Below are positions 10,184-19,211 of a stretch of DNA of 64,000 bases, piece after piece. Location of the stretch: contig CAWKKR010000004.1 in assembly GCA_963850305.1 (NCBI GenBank), positions 512,001 through 576,000 on the forward strand, read 5' to 3'. The position numbers and the translations under genes were made by a program. This DNA is from an uncultured delta proteobacterium. Its GTDB lineage: Bacteria > Myxococcota_A > Polyangia > Polyangiales > Polyangiaceae. Position 1 is the first letter of the stretch; every line of letters begins with the position of its first letter. Below the pieces are notes generated by a model. That model saw only the letters and a list, made by a program, of their open reading frames with translations. It did no database searches and was not told the origin of the DNA.

Positions 10184-10780
10184 ATGTCGATCGTGCCGCG
10201 CGGGCCCATCCCGGAATCGGAGCGCCGGCTCGCGGCGGTGGATCTCGTCGCCGATCGCCGTCACTACGACGACATCATCGCGGGCGTGCTACCGAAGGCG
10301 GAGGTGTCGGTCTGGATCGGCACCGCGAACGTGAAGGACATGCACGTCGAAGCTCCCGTCGGCACCGCGGCGCGCGCCCGCGGACGATATCTGTCGATGA
10401 CCGAGCGCTTCGCGGATCTCGTGCGGCGCGGCGTGGAAATCCGTATCCTCCACGGCGCGACGCCCTCACGCCCGTACCGGGAGTCCCTGAGGCGACAGCG
10501 CGTCCTCGTCCCTCCAGCGTTCGAGATGAGGCACTGCCCGCGCGTGCACCTCAAGGTGATCGTCGTGGACGGCGCGTACCTCTACGTGGGCAGCGCGAAC
10601 TTCACCGGCGCGGGACTCGGCGCGAAGGGCGACGGCCGGCGGAACTTCGAGCTCGGGTTCGGCACCGACGACGACGTGCTTCTCGACCAGGCCCAGTCGC
10701 GCTTCGACCGCATCTGGAGCGGTCGAGAATGCGGCGGTTGCCGGCTGCGGAGCGTCTGTCCGAAGCCACTCGACGGATAG
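10184..10780 (+). CDS. Phospholipase D-superfamily (single HKD) protein with C-terminal Cys cluster
   Basis: HLKVIVVD...YVGSANFT...NFELG is an HKD motif. C-terminus is ECGGCRLRSVCP. Confidence 0.82.
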   Translation: MSIVPRGPIPESERRLAAVDLVADRRHYDDIIAGVLPKAEVSVWIGTANVKDMHVEAPVGTAARARGRYLSMTERFADLVRRGVEIRILHGATPSRPYRESLRRQRVLVPPAFEMRHCPRVHLKVIVVDGAYLYVGSANFTGAGLGAKGDGRRNFELGFGTDDDVLLDQAQSRFDRIWSGRECGGCRLRSVCPKPLDG

Positions 10781-10974
10781 CGCCGGGGCGGCAGGTCGGT
10801 GTCGTCGAGGTCTGCGAACGCGCTCGGCTGCGTCGGTCCCTTCGCTGTGCGCGACGCCCCACACGTGTCGGGAAAAAGCCACAGCAGCCCGCTCCAGCGA
10901 CAAGCTCGGCGGTCGGATTGCACGTGGAGACGCCTGTGCCCGCTCGTGGTACGTCCCTTGCTGGAGGCGCGCCC

Positions 10975-11898
10975 ATGTCCTTCGAACGACCCTTCCTCAT
11001 TGCAACACTCTCGCTCGCCGTCGCTTGTAGTTCCGACACCCATCCCTCCGGCACGACCGACGCTGGAGCGGGTGGGCACGCCAGCTCTCTGGATTCAGGT
11101 TCGGGCGGCGCCAGTTCCGGCGGGACCGGCACCGGCGGGACGAGTGCCGGCGGAGCCGCGACGGGCGGCATGGATGCAGGCTCGAGTGGTGCGGACGCTG
11201 GAGTCTGGACTTTTCCCGGATCGCCAGGGCTGCCCGCGAGTCCGCCGTGGGGACCCAACATCCTGGGCCTTCAAAACCATGACGACTCAGGCTCGCCGTC
11301 GGACATCGCGTTCGGCATGTTCTGGGACCCGGCCACCGTCTCGGTTCCCTACGTCGGCGGCGGCTGCATGGCGTTCGGCACCGCGCCCGGCAAACCGGGT
11401 GGCCTCGACGTCGGACCCGTGACGGTCACGGGCGGCGCGGACAGCGGCGTGCAGCTTCTCACGCGAGACCCGCACTTCGGGGATTACTTCCTCGACGGCG
11501 CGTCGAACCCCTGGCGCGTCGGGGACGAACTCTCGGTCACCGAGGGATCGGTTCACGCGGGGCCGCTGGAGGTGCCGACCGCCTTCACGTCCAGCGATCT
11601 CTCGACGCGGACCGGCTTCACGCGCGGAACCGACGCGGCGCTCACGTTCGCCGGGAGCAACGCGACGAAAGTCGCGTTCAGCGTATCGGCCAGCAACGGC
11701 GCACAGACGTTCCTGCTCGCGTGCCAGGGAGACGCCACGGGCGGCCAGCTGACGATCCCGGGCGCCGCCCTCGCCGCGTTTCCGACGGGCGTGACGAGCC
11801 TCGACGCAAAGCTGTCGCCGATCAATCTCGCACAGAGCGGGACGCTTGCCTTCCTCGCCGTGGGTGAGTCGATCGAAGCGTCGCTCGATCTGCAATGA
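10975..11898 (+). CDS. Hypothetical lipoprotein with Gly/Ser-rich linker
   Basis: Lipobox LAVAC, then a Gly-rich linker and a beta-rich C-terminal domain. Confidence 0.7.
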   Translation: MSFERPFLIATLSLAVACSSDTHPSGTTDAGAGGHASSLDSGSGGASSGGTGTGGTSAGGAATGGMDAGSSGADAGVWTFPGSPGLPASPPWGPNILGLQNHDDSGSPSDIAFGMFWDPATVSVPYVGGGCMAFGTAPGKPGGLDVGPVTVTGGADSGVQLLTRDPHFGDYFLDGASNPWRVGDELSVTEGSVHAGPLEVPTAFTSSDLSTRTGFTRGTDAALTFAGSNATKVAFSVSASNGAQTFLLACQGDATGGQLTIPGAALAAFPTGVTSLDAKLSPINLAQSGTLAFLAVGESIEASLDLQ

Positions 11899-11925
11899 GC
11901 GAAACGTGGAGCGCGGCGCGGCCGA

Positions 11926-13455
11926 TCAGCCGCGGAGCTCGCGCTTCAATATCTTGCCCGTCGCGGTCTTCGGCAAGGACTCCCGGAACTCCACGGTGCG
12001 CGGGTACTTGTACGCGGCGAGCTTCTGCTTGCAAAACGAGATGATCTCTTCGCTGCTCGCCTTCTGGCCGGGCTTCAAGGAGAGCACGGCCTTCACCTCT
12101 TCCCCGTGACTCGCGTGCGGCACGCCGATGACGGCGGCCTCCAGCACGGCGGGATGCCCGTAGAGGATCTCCTCGATCTCGCGCGGGTACACGTTGAAGC
12201 CGCCTCGAATGATCATGTCCTTCTTGCGGTCGACGATGAAGTAGTACCCGTCCGTGTCGCGATGGGCCACGTCCCCCGTCGAGAACCACCCGGCCTTGAT
12301 GACCTCGGCCGTGGCCTCCGGGCGCTTGTAATATCCCTTCATCACGTTCGGGCCCTTGATGCAGATTTCCCCCGGCACGAGCGTCTCCGTGATCGTGCGG
12401 CCCTTCTCGTCCACGAGCTTGAACTCGACGCTCCGGATGGGCACGCCGACGCTCCCCGGCTTCGTCGGTCGATCGAGCACGTTGAAGCTCGCGACCGGCG
12501 ACGTCTCGCTCAGGCCGTAGCCCTCGAGGATGTTCACGCGATACTTCTCGTTGAACGCGCGCATGACCTCCACGGGCATCGCGGAGCCGCCGGAGCAGCA
12601 AAAGCGGAGCGCCGAGACGTCGTAGTCGGCCGCGCGCGGGTAGTGCAACAGCGCGAAGTACATCGTCGGCACGCCTCCGAAGAACGTCACCTTGTGCTTC
12701 TGGAGCAGCTCGAAGGCCGCCTTCGCGTCGAAGCGCGGGAGGAGCACGAGCGTGCCGCCGACGCGGAGCACGCCATTCTGGAACACGGTCTGACCGAAGC
12801 TGTGAAAGAGCGGCAGCACCGTCAGCGCTACCGTGTCCTGCGGCAGCGGCATCAACCGCGAGGTCGTGTACTCGGCGTTGTAGAAGAGGTTGAAGTGCGA
12901 GAGCTCCGCGCCCTTCGCCTTCCCCGTGGTGCCGGACGTGTACAGAATCACCGCGGTGTCGTCCGGCATCGTGTCAGGAAGCTCCGTCACGGGCTCCCCG
13001 CCCGCGACGAGCGTCGAGAAATCGTGAGCACCGCTCGGAAGACCCACGCCGCTCCCGTCCGCGCGTGCCACGACGAGGTGCCGGCAACCGGGGACGCGGT
13101 CGAACCCGGCGCGCGCCGCGTCCACGAACCCCTCCCAGACCACCAGCGCCGCAGCATCCGAATCCGACAGGTGGTACGCGATCTCGTCCGGCGTGAGCAG
13201 CACGTTGAGCGGGACCACCGGCGCGCCGAGGTAGTGCGCCGCGAAGTACGCGATCGTGAACTGCGGCACGTTCGGCATCATCAGCGCGACATGCTCGCCA
13301 CGCTTCAGGCCCAGCTTCGCGAGCGCCCCCGCGAGGCGCTGCGCCGCCGAGTGCACCGCCGAGTACGACAGCTCCCGATCGCCGATGATGATGGCGGGCT
13401 TGTCGGGGAACGACGACGCGCCGTCGCGAAGGATCGTGGCAAGGTTCAAGGTCAT
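11926..13455 (-). CDS. Long-chain-fatty-acid--CoA ligase (AMP-binding)
   Basis: YTSGTTGKAKG, EGYGLSET, TGD, RKKDMIIRGG.NVYP.EIE and PKTATGKI motifs. Confidence 0.93.
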   Translation of the reverse strand: MTLNLATILRDGASSFPDKPAIIIGDRELSYSAVHSAAQRLAGALAKLGLKRGEHVALMMPNVPQFTIAYFAAHYLGAPVVPLNVLLTPDEIAYHLSDSDAAALVVWEGFVDAARAGFDRVPGCRHLVVARADGSGVGLPSGAHDFSTLVAGGEPVTELPDTMPDDTAVILYTSGTTGKAKGAELSHFNLFYNAEYTTSRLMPLPQDTVALTVLPLFHSFGQTVFQNGVLRVGGTLVLLPRFDAKAAFELLQKHKVTFFGGVPTMYFALLHYPRAADYDVSALRFCCSGGSAMPVEVMRAFNEKYRVNILEGYGLSETSPVASFNVLDRPTKPGSVGVPIRSVEFKLVDEKGRTITETLVPGEICIKGPNVMKGYYKRPEATAEVIKAGWFSTGDVAHRDTDGYYFIVDRKKDMIIRGGFNVYPREIEEILYGHPAVLEAAVIGVPHASHGEEVKAVLSLKPGQKASSEEIISFCKQKLAAYKYPRTVEFRESLPKTATGKILKRELRG

Positions 13456-13554
13456 CGAAGAAGCCTCTGTTGAGTGAAGCCGAACGCCCGTTTCACGGGC
13501 CCTACTCTCCGGAGCGATGGTGCCACGCATCCTCACTCGCTGTCGACGACGTCC

Positions 13555-13844
13555 CCGAGCTCGTCCAAGCTCGATGCGGCTCGCGGTGAGCCATCCCGAG
13601 CTCGTCCAAGCTCGATCCGGCTCGCGTCGAGCCATCCCGAGCTCAATCGGGCGCTCTGCCGCCCAGGTGAGCCGTCGCTATGCTCAATCGAGCGTCGCAC
13701 GACTCGATTCGAGCCGCGCCGAGCTCAGTCGAGCGACGCATTACCTCGATTCGAGCAATGCCGAGCTCACCGAATCACCGTCTCGCCTCGGTTCGAGCCG
13801 GCGGGGGCACAGACGAGCTTTTTTTCGCTCGCGACGAGCCGCGC
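13555..13844. repeat. Degenerate intergenic tandem array, ~7 units of 41-42 bp, most with a CTCG-N3-CGAG hairpin
   Basis: Units start at 13555, 13596, 13637, 13678, 13719, 13761 and 13803. Five begin CCGAGCTC; units 1 and 2 differ at only 3 nt. Confidence 0.75.
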
Positions 13845-13920
13845 GACGCAGGCGTGAGCCCTTGGACGCGCTCGACGAGCAAACCGAGCGCACGCGCTGC
13901 TCGGCTACAGCAGCGGCGGT

Positions 13921-14619
13921 TCACTGGCAGGGGAGCAGACGGAGCGCGTCCTGGCAACCGCACGTGCCGTTCGACTTGCAACATCCGACGAGAAGAATCT
14001 GGCAGCCCGTGCAGGAGGACGCCTGGCAAGTCGCGGCACCGCCCGTCCCCGTCGCGCCCCCGGAGGAGTTCGCGCCTCCGGACGAGGCGACGGCTCCGCC
14101 AGCTGCCGTCGCGCCGCCGCTGTCCGTTGTTCCGCCTGATCCGTCGATGCCGCCGGTGCCCATCGAGCCACCCGCACTCTTTGCCCCGCCACTCGCGGCT
14201 CCGCCCTCTCCCGTTACTGCGCCGCCTGCTGCTGACTCCCCGGACCCGCCGTTTCCGGTGGCCGTCGCGCCGCCTGCTTCGCTCGCACCGCCCGTGTCGT
14301 TGGTCCGGTCCGACCCTCCGACACCACTCGCTGCCCCACTGCCGGCTCCCCCTGCCGCAACGGTCGTGCCGCCGTTCCCGGCGACGAAGCCACCGCTACC
14401 GGTGCCGGAAATGCCGTTCGCGCCGCCGCTCTCGCCGCCGGTGTCGGAGCCCGTGCCCGTGGCGACATCCGCGCCGCTACCCCCGAGGGCGCCGAACCCA
14501 GCGTCGAAGGAGTCGACCCCGCCCACGGATTGTCCAACCGCACATGACGCCGGACTCGCGAGCACGAAGAGAGCACAAGCTGCCGCGCTGCTCGTGGCTA
14601 TCCCGCGCCGCACGTACAT
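13921..14619 (-). CDS. Gly-rich secreted/lipoprotein with short Cys-rich C-terminus
   Basis: Hydrophobic leader ending ASC, a long Gly/Ser/Ala/Thr tract, then C....C..C......CC.....C.C........C. Confidence 0.6.
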   Translation of the reverse strand: MYVRRGIATSSAAACALFVLASPASCAVGQSVGGVDSFDAGFGALGGSGADVATGTGSDTGGESGGANGISGTGSGGFVAGNGGTTVAAGGAGSGAASGVGGSDRTNDTGGASEAGGATATGNGGSGESAAGGAVTGEGGAASGGAKSAGGSMGTGGIDGSGGTTDSGGATAAGGAVASSGGANSSGGATGTGGAATCQASSCTGCQILLVGCCKSNGTCGCQDALRLLPCQ

Positions 14620-14769
14620 CGAGTGTAAAAGTGTATCACACTCTCTCGGTCAGTCTTCACACGACCACTTCACGAAGGGATCCAGGGATTTGGGGCGCGC
14701 TCGCGACTTTTGTCATCTGTGGGTGTTCGGCCCGGGTAAGGTTGGCCTCTCGGAGGAGACTCAGATGCC

Positions 14770-16311
14770 GTGGTGCAGCAAGCGGGAACGACCGTGAACG
14801 ACGCCGCTGGCAACGCGCGCCGGCGCTCCGTCACACGAATCGTTGCCGCCCTTTGCGTCGTGCTCGCGGCATGCAGCGGCGGCAAGAACTCCGCCGCGAA
14901 CCAGGACGCGAGCCTCGCCGGGAACGGCGGCGCCAGCTCGTCCAGTGGCGGGAATTCAGCAGCAGACGGCGGCAACGGCACGGGCGCTATCGGGGGCGCT
15001 TCGGCGAGCGCCGGAGGTCGCGACAGCACGGCAAGCGGGGGCACGGCCGGCGCTTCGGGTTCGGGCGCGACCGGCGGGGCGAGCGCTGGCGGCGGTGACG
15101 GCGGCGTCGCTGCGGACAGTGGAACGTCCGTCGGATCGAAGCGGCCGTTCCCCGACACGACCTCGACGATCGCGATCCTGACGGATCAGTTGCCGAACCT
15201 GACCGCGGCGCAGCAACGGTTCGTCGTGGCGCATTACGTGGGAACCGAGAAGCAGACACTCGCCCAGTCAGAGCCGCTCCGCGCCCTCGCTCCGAACTTT
15301 CTCGTGCTCCACTATCACCTGTCGATGTGGCAGTCCGCGCCGAGCACGGACTTCATCATCGACGGCGTGAGCTGGGGCAACGATTACCCGGAAGTGACGA
15401 CGCACGAGAGCTGGTTCTGGCACAACACCTCGAACCAGAGGGTCGCGAGCACTGCGGACCAGAAGCTGCTCATGAACATCTCCGAACCGGACTTTCAGAG
15501 CTACTGGGCAAGCTCGCTCGAGGCCCAGGTTGCCGCGGGGGACTACGACGGCGTGTTCTTCGATTCAGCGTCGCCCGCGCTACTGCAAGCGGAGGTCGGC
15601 GACCAGGATGCACGGCTCGCCGGGACGGGCGCGAAGGACTCGGTCATCCCCGAGCTCGGCAATCAGAGCTTCATCTCGGCATGGCAAGAGTGGATGAGTG
15701 CGCTCGACACGACGCTCGCCGCCAAGGGGATCCCCCTCATCCCGAACACGAGCGCGTTCGTGACGGGCTGGGACGACACGGACTACAGCCTGACGGCCGG
15801 CGCGTTCGTCGAAGGCTTCGCGAGCACGTCGTTCGTCACGGCCGACTGGAAGGCGTCCACCAACGAGCTCCTGTCGCTCGCCGCGAAGCACAAGATCCTC
15901 ATCTTGCAGAACTACCTCGGGGCCGCGACGGACGTCGCAACGCGGCTCTTTTACCTGGGCAATTACCTGCTCGTGAAGGGGGACAAGACGTACCTCGAGT
16001 ACTTCGCGAACGGTCCGCTCGAGTGGTACCCCGAGTGGTCGCTCGATTTCGGCGCACCGACGACGACCGGCGCCACGGTGGACAATCTCGCAACGGACGG
16101 CGTCTACCGGCGAGATTTCGCGAAGGGCTCGGTCTTCGTCAATCCGACGGACGCCGACGTGGACGTGACGCTCGCCGCAGCGATGCAACTCGTGACGCCC
16201 TCGGGCGGCGGCGCCGTGGACGCGCAAGGTGACGAGCCCGGGACGATCGCGACGGCAAGCGTGACGTCCGTGAACGTCGCCGCCCACGGCGCGGCCATTC
16301 TGCTCGAGTAG
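14770..16311 (+). CDS. Lipoprotein, putative glycoside hydrolase (GHL15-like TIM barrel)
   Basis: Lipobox LAAC and Gly linker; YDGVFFDS and VYRRDF.KG.V.VNPT resemble the hypothetical GH15-like family. Start uncertain. Confidence 0.65.
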   Translation: MVQQAGTTVNDAAGNARRRSVTRIVAALCVVLAACSGGKNSAANQDASLAGNGGASSSSGGNSAADGGNGTGAIGGASASAGGRDSTASGGTAGASGSGATGGASAGGGDGGVAADSGTSVGSKRPFPDTTSTIAILTDQLPNLTAAQQRFVVAHYVGTEKQTLAQSEPLRALAPNFLVLHYHLSMWQSAPSTDFIIDGVSWGNDYPEVTTHESWFWHNTSNQRVASTADQKLLMNISEPDFQSYWASSLEAQVAAGDYDGVFFDSASPALLQAEVGDQDARLAGTGAKDSVIPELGNQSFISAWQEWMSALDTTLAAKGIPLIPNTSAFVTGWDDTDYSLTAGAFVEGFASTSFVTADWKASTNELLSLAAKHKILILQNYLGAATDVATRLFYLGNYLLVKGDKTYLEYFANGPLEWYPEWSLDFGAPTTTGATVDNLATDGVYRRDFAKGSVFVNPTDADVDVTLAAAMQLVTPSGGGAVDAQGDEPGTIATASVTSVNVAAHGAAILLE

Positions 16312-16325
16312 GGACGGTACCGCCG

Positions 16326-16958
16326 TCAGTCGATTTCGATGTCGATGCTGTCGCTGTCCTTCGATACGCGAGCCGTCGCGGAGAGCCGCGAAGCCGGCAC
16401 CTTGCAGCTCTGCTCGAGGAGATGTGCGACGCGGGCCGCGCGATCGGCTGCGAGCTCCCAGGGGTCGTGCCGGCCCTTCGCCCCGCCGACCCCGGCCACG
16501 ACGGTGATGTTCAACGGCGCGGCGACCTTGGCCGTCGCGTCGCAGAGCGCGGAAAGGGGTATGACGTCCACGTGGTCGTGGGATGGACGGAGGGCCGCGC
16601 CGGAGAGCGTGATCACGACGCGCTCGCCCCGCCGCGCAACGGTGACGTCCCGCTCCGACGCGAGCGCGCGACACGCCTGCTCGGCCTGCCCGAGCCGGGC
16701 ATCCCGCTTCCCCTTGGCCGCCTCGTCGTCCTCGTGCGCCGCGGAAGCGGCGCCGGCCTTGGCCGTCTCTGCAGCGAGGGCGGCCTGCGCGCTCGCCGCC
16801 GCTTGCTCCGAGGTCGTCACCCGCGCCGCGAGCGAATGGTAATCGGCGAGCAGCTGGGTGTGGGTCCGGTAGAGGGGGACGTAGTACGCCGCCGCGAGGG
16901 TCAGGGCTGCCACCGTGAATATTCGTGCCGCGAAGCGGCCCTTACCGTCGGATTTCAT
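16326..16958 (-). CDS. Membrane protein with coiled coil and degenerate OmpA/MotB-like C-terminal domain
   Basis: N-terminal TM segment and Ala-rich helix. PWELAADRAARVAHLL...VPASRLSA resembles the MotB NWELS..RA motif. Confidence 0.55.
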   Translation of the reverse strand: MKSDGKGRFAARIFTVAALTLAAAYYVPLYRTHTQLLADYHSLAARVTTSEQAAASAQAALAAETAKAGAASAAHEDDEAAKGKRDARLGQAEQACRALASERDVTVARRGERVVITLSGAALRPSHDHVDVIPLSALCDATAKVAAPLNITVVAGVGGAKGRHDPWELAADRAARVAHLLEQSCKVPASRLSATARVSKDSDSIDIEID

Positions 16959-17102
16959 CTCGCCTCGAACTCCGGGCACATGGTCATCCCGGACGGACGA
17001 TAACCGACTCCGCCGCCGCCGGGCGGCGGCCTCGTCGAAGAACCGCCTCGCGAGAATTTTCGACCGGGTTTACGCCGTTTCGGACGCTGCTACGGTTCGG
17101 GC

Positions 17103-18149
17103 ATGGACCGGCGAGCGCCACCCGACACCAGCCTCCTCGACATCGCCCGGAGCGCCAACGCGGGGGCTCCCAAGCGACGCCCCTCGACGATGCCGCCACC
17201 CCGGTCCGTGCCGAGTCAACCGCCCGGCGCGCCCGGCCCGAGCGTGGCCTCGAACCCGAGCATGGCCTCGAACCCGAGCGTCGCGCCACCGTCAAGCATG
17301 CCGACCCACGGCGTCGCGCCACCGTCGAGCGCGCCGGCCCACAGCATCGCGCCGACGGCTCCGGGCGTGCCCGCTTACAGCGTCCCGGCAATCGCGCCGA
17401 GCGTCCATGCCCCCGCCTTGGAAGCGACCACGTCGATGGTCGTACCCAGAGCGGCGCACAGTCGCGGCGCGACGGTGGCCCTCGCGATCGCGGCGGGCCT
17501 CGGTGTCCTCGTCACTCTTTACCGAAATGACGTGTTCTTCAATCTCGCCGAGGGCTTGCATCAAGGAGCTAGCTACCAGCACCTCGAGGCGGCGCTCGGC
17601 TCGCCGGGCTTCGGGACGCCGCAATCGCTGGACGCGCTCGTGGAAGCGGTTCCGGCACCCACGGCGGCCATCCCCGCACCGGTCGCCCCCACCGCAGCCG
17701 GCGCGCGGGCGGTGGAACCCGAGCCCGCGACGGCGAAAGCCGTTGCTGACACGGACACGGCGCCCGCGGACACCTCGGATGACGAGAAAGCGAAACCGGC
17801 CGGGGTCACGCGCCACGCGGCGTTCGTCTACAGGCACGCGGCGATGGCGCGCCGAGCGGAGCACGCGGCGCCCAAAGAAACCGCGCCCACGGCCGATGAC
17901 GACGACAGCGCGGCCGCGCCCCCCAAGAAAAACAAACACAGGGCGGCCGACGACGACTCTCCCGCTGCGGACGACAGCACGCCCGCGCCGTCCAAGAAGC
18001 ACCGGCACAAGTCCGCGGACGCGGACGATGCAATCTCCGACGATAGCTCGAGCAAGAAGTCCAAGGCAGACACGGCGCCCACGCTGGATCTGAACGCCGC
18101 CATCCAGCAGTCGGTCATGAAGAAGTCGAAGAAGCCGGACAGTGAGTGA
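17103..18149 (+). CDS. Pro/Ala-rich single-pass membrane protein
   Basis: Low-complexity Pro/Ser N-terminus, one TM (VALAIAAGLGVLVTLY) and a Asp/Lys-rich tail. Confidence 0.6.
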   Translation: MDRRAPPDTSLLDIARSANAGAPKRRPSTMPPPRSVPSQPPGAPGPSVASNPSMASNPSVAPPSSMPTHGVAPPSSAPAHSIAPTAPGVPAYSVPAIAPSVHAPALEATTSMVVPRAAHSRGATVALAIAAGLGVLVTLYRNDVFFNLAEGLHQGASYQHLEAALGSPGFGTPQSLDALVEAVPAPTAAIPAPVAPTAAGARAVEPEPATAKAVADTDTAPADTSDDEKAKPAGVTRHAAFVYRHAAMARRAEHAAPKETAPTADDDDSAAAPPKKNKHRAADDDSPAADDSTPAPSKKHRHKSADADDAISDDSSSKKSKADTAPTLDLNAAIQQSVMKKSKKPDSE

Positions 18150-18176
18150 AGGGGCGTCCGGGCGGGCGCGCTCGAC

Positions 18177-19088
18177 GTGATGGTGGCGATCCCACGTCCC
18201 TCGCGCACGAACATCTGCGCGGTGATCGTCACGTACCACCCGGACGCGGCGTTCGAGAGCCGGGTTTTGCGTATCCTGCCCCAGGTCGCGCACATTGTGG
18301 TGGTCGACAATGCATCATCGGCGGACTCGCGACGGCCCCTCGATGAACTGTGCGCCCGCGGGGTGGTGGAACTCGTGCTGCTCGAGGAGAATCTCGGGAT
18401 CGGCGCGGCGCTGAACCGCGGGCTCGAACTGGCGATCGCTCGCGGGTTCACGTGGGGGCTAACCTTCGACCAGGACAGCGTGGCGGATGATGCGCTGGTA
18501 TCAAAGCTCCTCGAAGTGTACGCGGACTACCCGGACGCCGACCGCACGGCGATCATCGGCGCGAACTACGAAGAGGAAACGACGGGAACGACGGGAACGC
18601 CGAAGCGTGCCAGGCGCGCAGGCACATCGTGGATCGAAGTGGACGAGGTGATCACGTCCGGCTGCCTGCAGTCGCTCGCCGTATTTCGAGACATCGGTCC
18701 GTATCGCGAGGATCTCTTCATCTACTTCGTCGACAACGAATTCTGCAAACGCGCCCGGGTAGCGGGGTATCGCGTCATCCTTTCGCGCACGCCGCTCATC
18801 CTTCACCGCACGGGAAGCACCGCGCGACATCGGTGGCTCCATCGGGACTTCGTGACGCCACACTATGCTCCGTGGCGGCACTATTATATCGTGCGCAACG
18901 GCATCGTCCTCGTCGCCAGGTACTGGAGCGCGGACCCCAAATGGGGGATTCGCCGAGTCCGCAGCATCGTGAAACGGAGCATCGCGGTGCTCGTCTTCGA
19001 GAACGAGCGCGTCGAGAAATTCGCGTACATGATGCGCGGCGCTTACGACGGCGTGCGCGGTCGTACGGGCAAGTTACCGGCGGCGTGA
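18177..19088 (+). CDS. GT2 glycosyltransferase, rhamnosyltransferase-like
   Basis: IVTYHPD, VVDNAS, ENLGIGAALNRG, TFDQDS, ITSG and YY.VRN motifs. Confidence 0.88.
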   Translation: MMVAIPRPSRTNICAVIVTYHPDAAFESRVLRILPQVAHIVVVDNASSADSRRPLDELCARGVVELVLLEENLGIGAALNRGLELAIARGFTWGLTFDQDSVADDALVSKLLEVYADYPDADRTAIIGANYEEETTGTTGTPKRARRAGTSWIEVDEVITSGCLQSLAVFRDIGPYREDLFIYFVDNEFCKRARVAGYRVILSRTPLILHRTGSTARHRWLHRDFVTPHYAPWRHYYIVRNGIVLVARYWSADPKWGIRRVRSIVKRSIAVLVFENERVEKFAYMMRGAYDGVRGRTGKLPAA

Positions 19089-19211
19089 ACCGAACCGGCT
19101 GCGATCGGAAGCCGGACCGGCGTGACCCGCTCGAAGAAGGGCTACGCATCCTCGAAGCAAAGCTCGAACGTCAAAGGGGACGACCGACGACGACGTCGGT
19201 GTACTAACCAG

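Noticed and set aside
13555..13844. CRISPR array
   Set aside because: No invariant repeat with unique spacers, the period is too short, units diverge gradually and no cas genes are present.
17242..17282. 18-bp tandem repeat (also the 9-bp repeat near 56284)
   Set aside because: In-frame coding repeats within low-complexity linkers.
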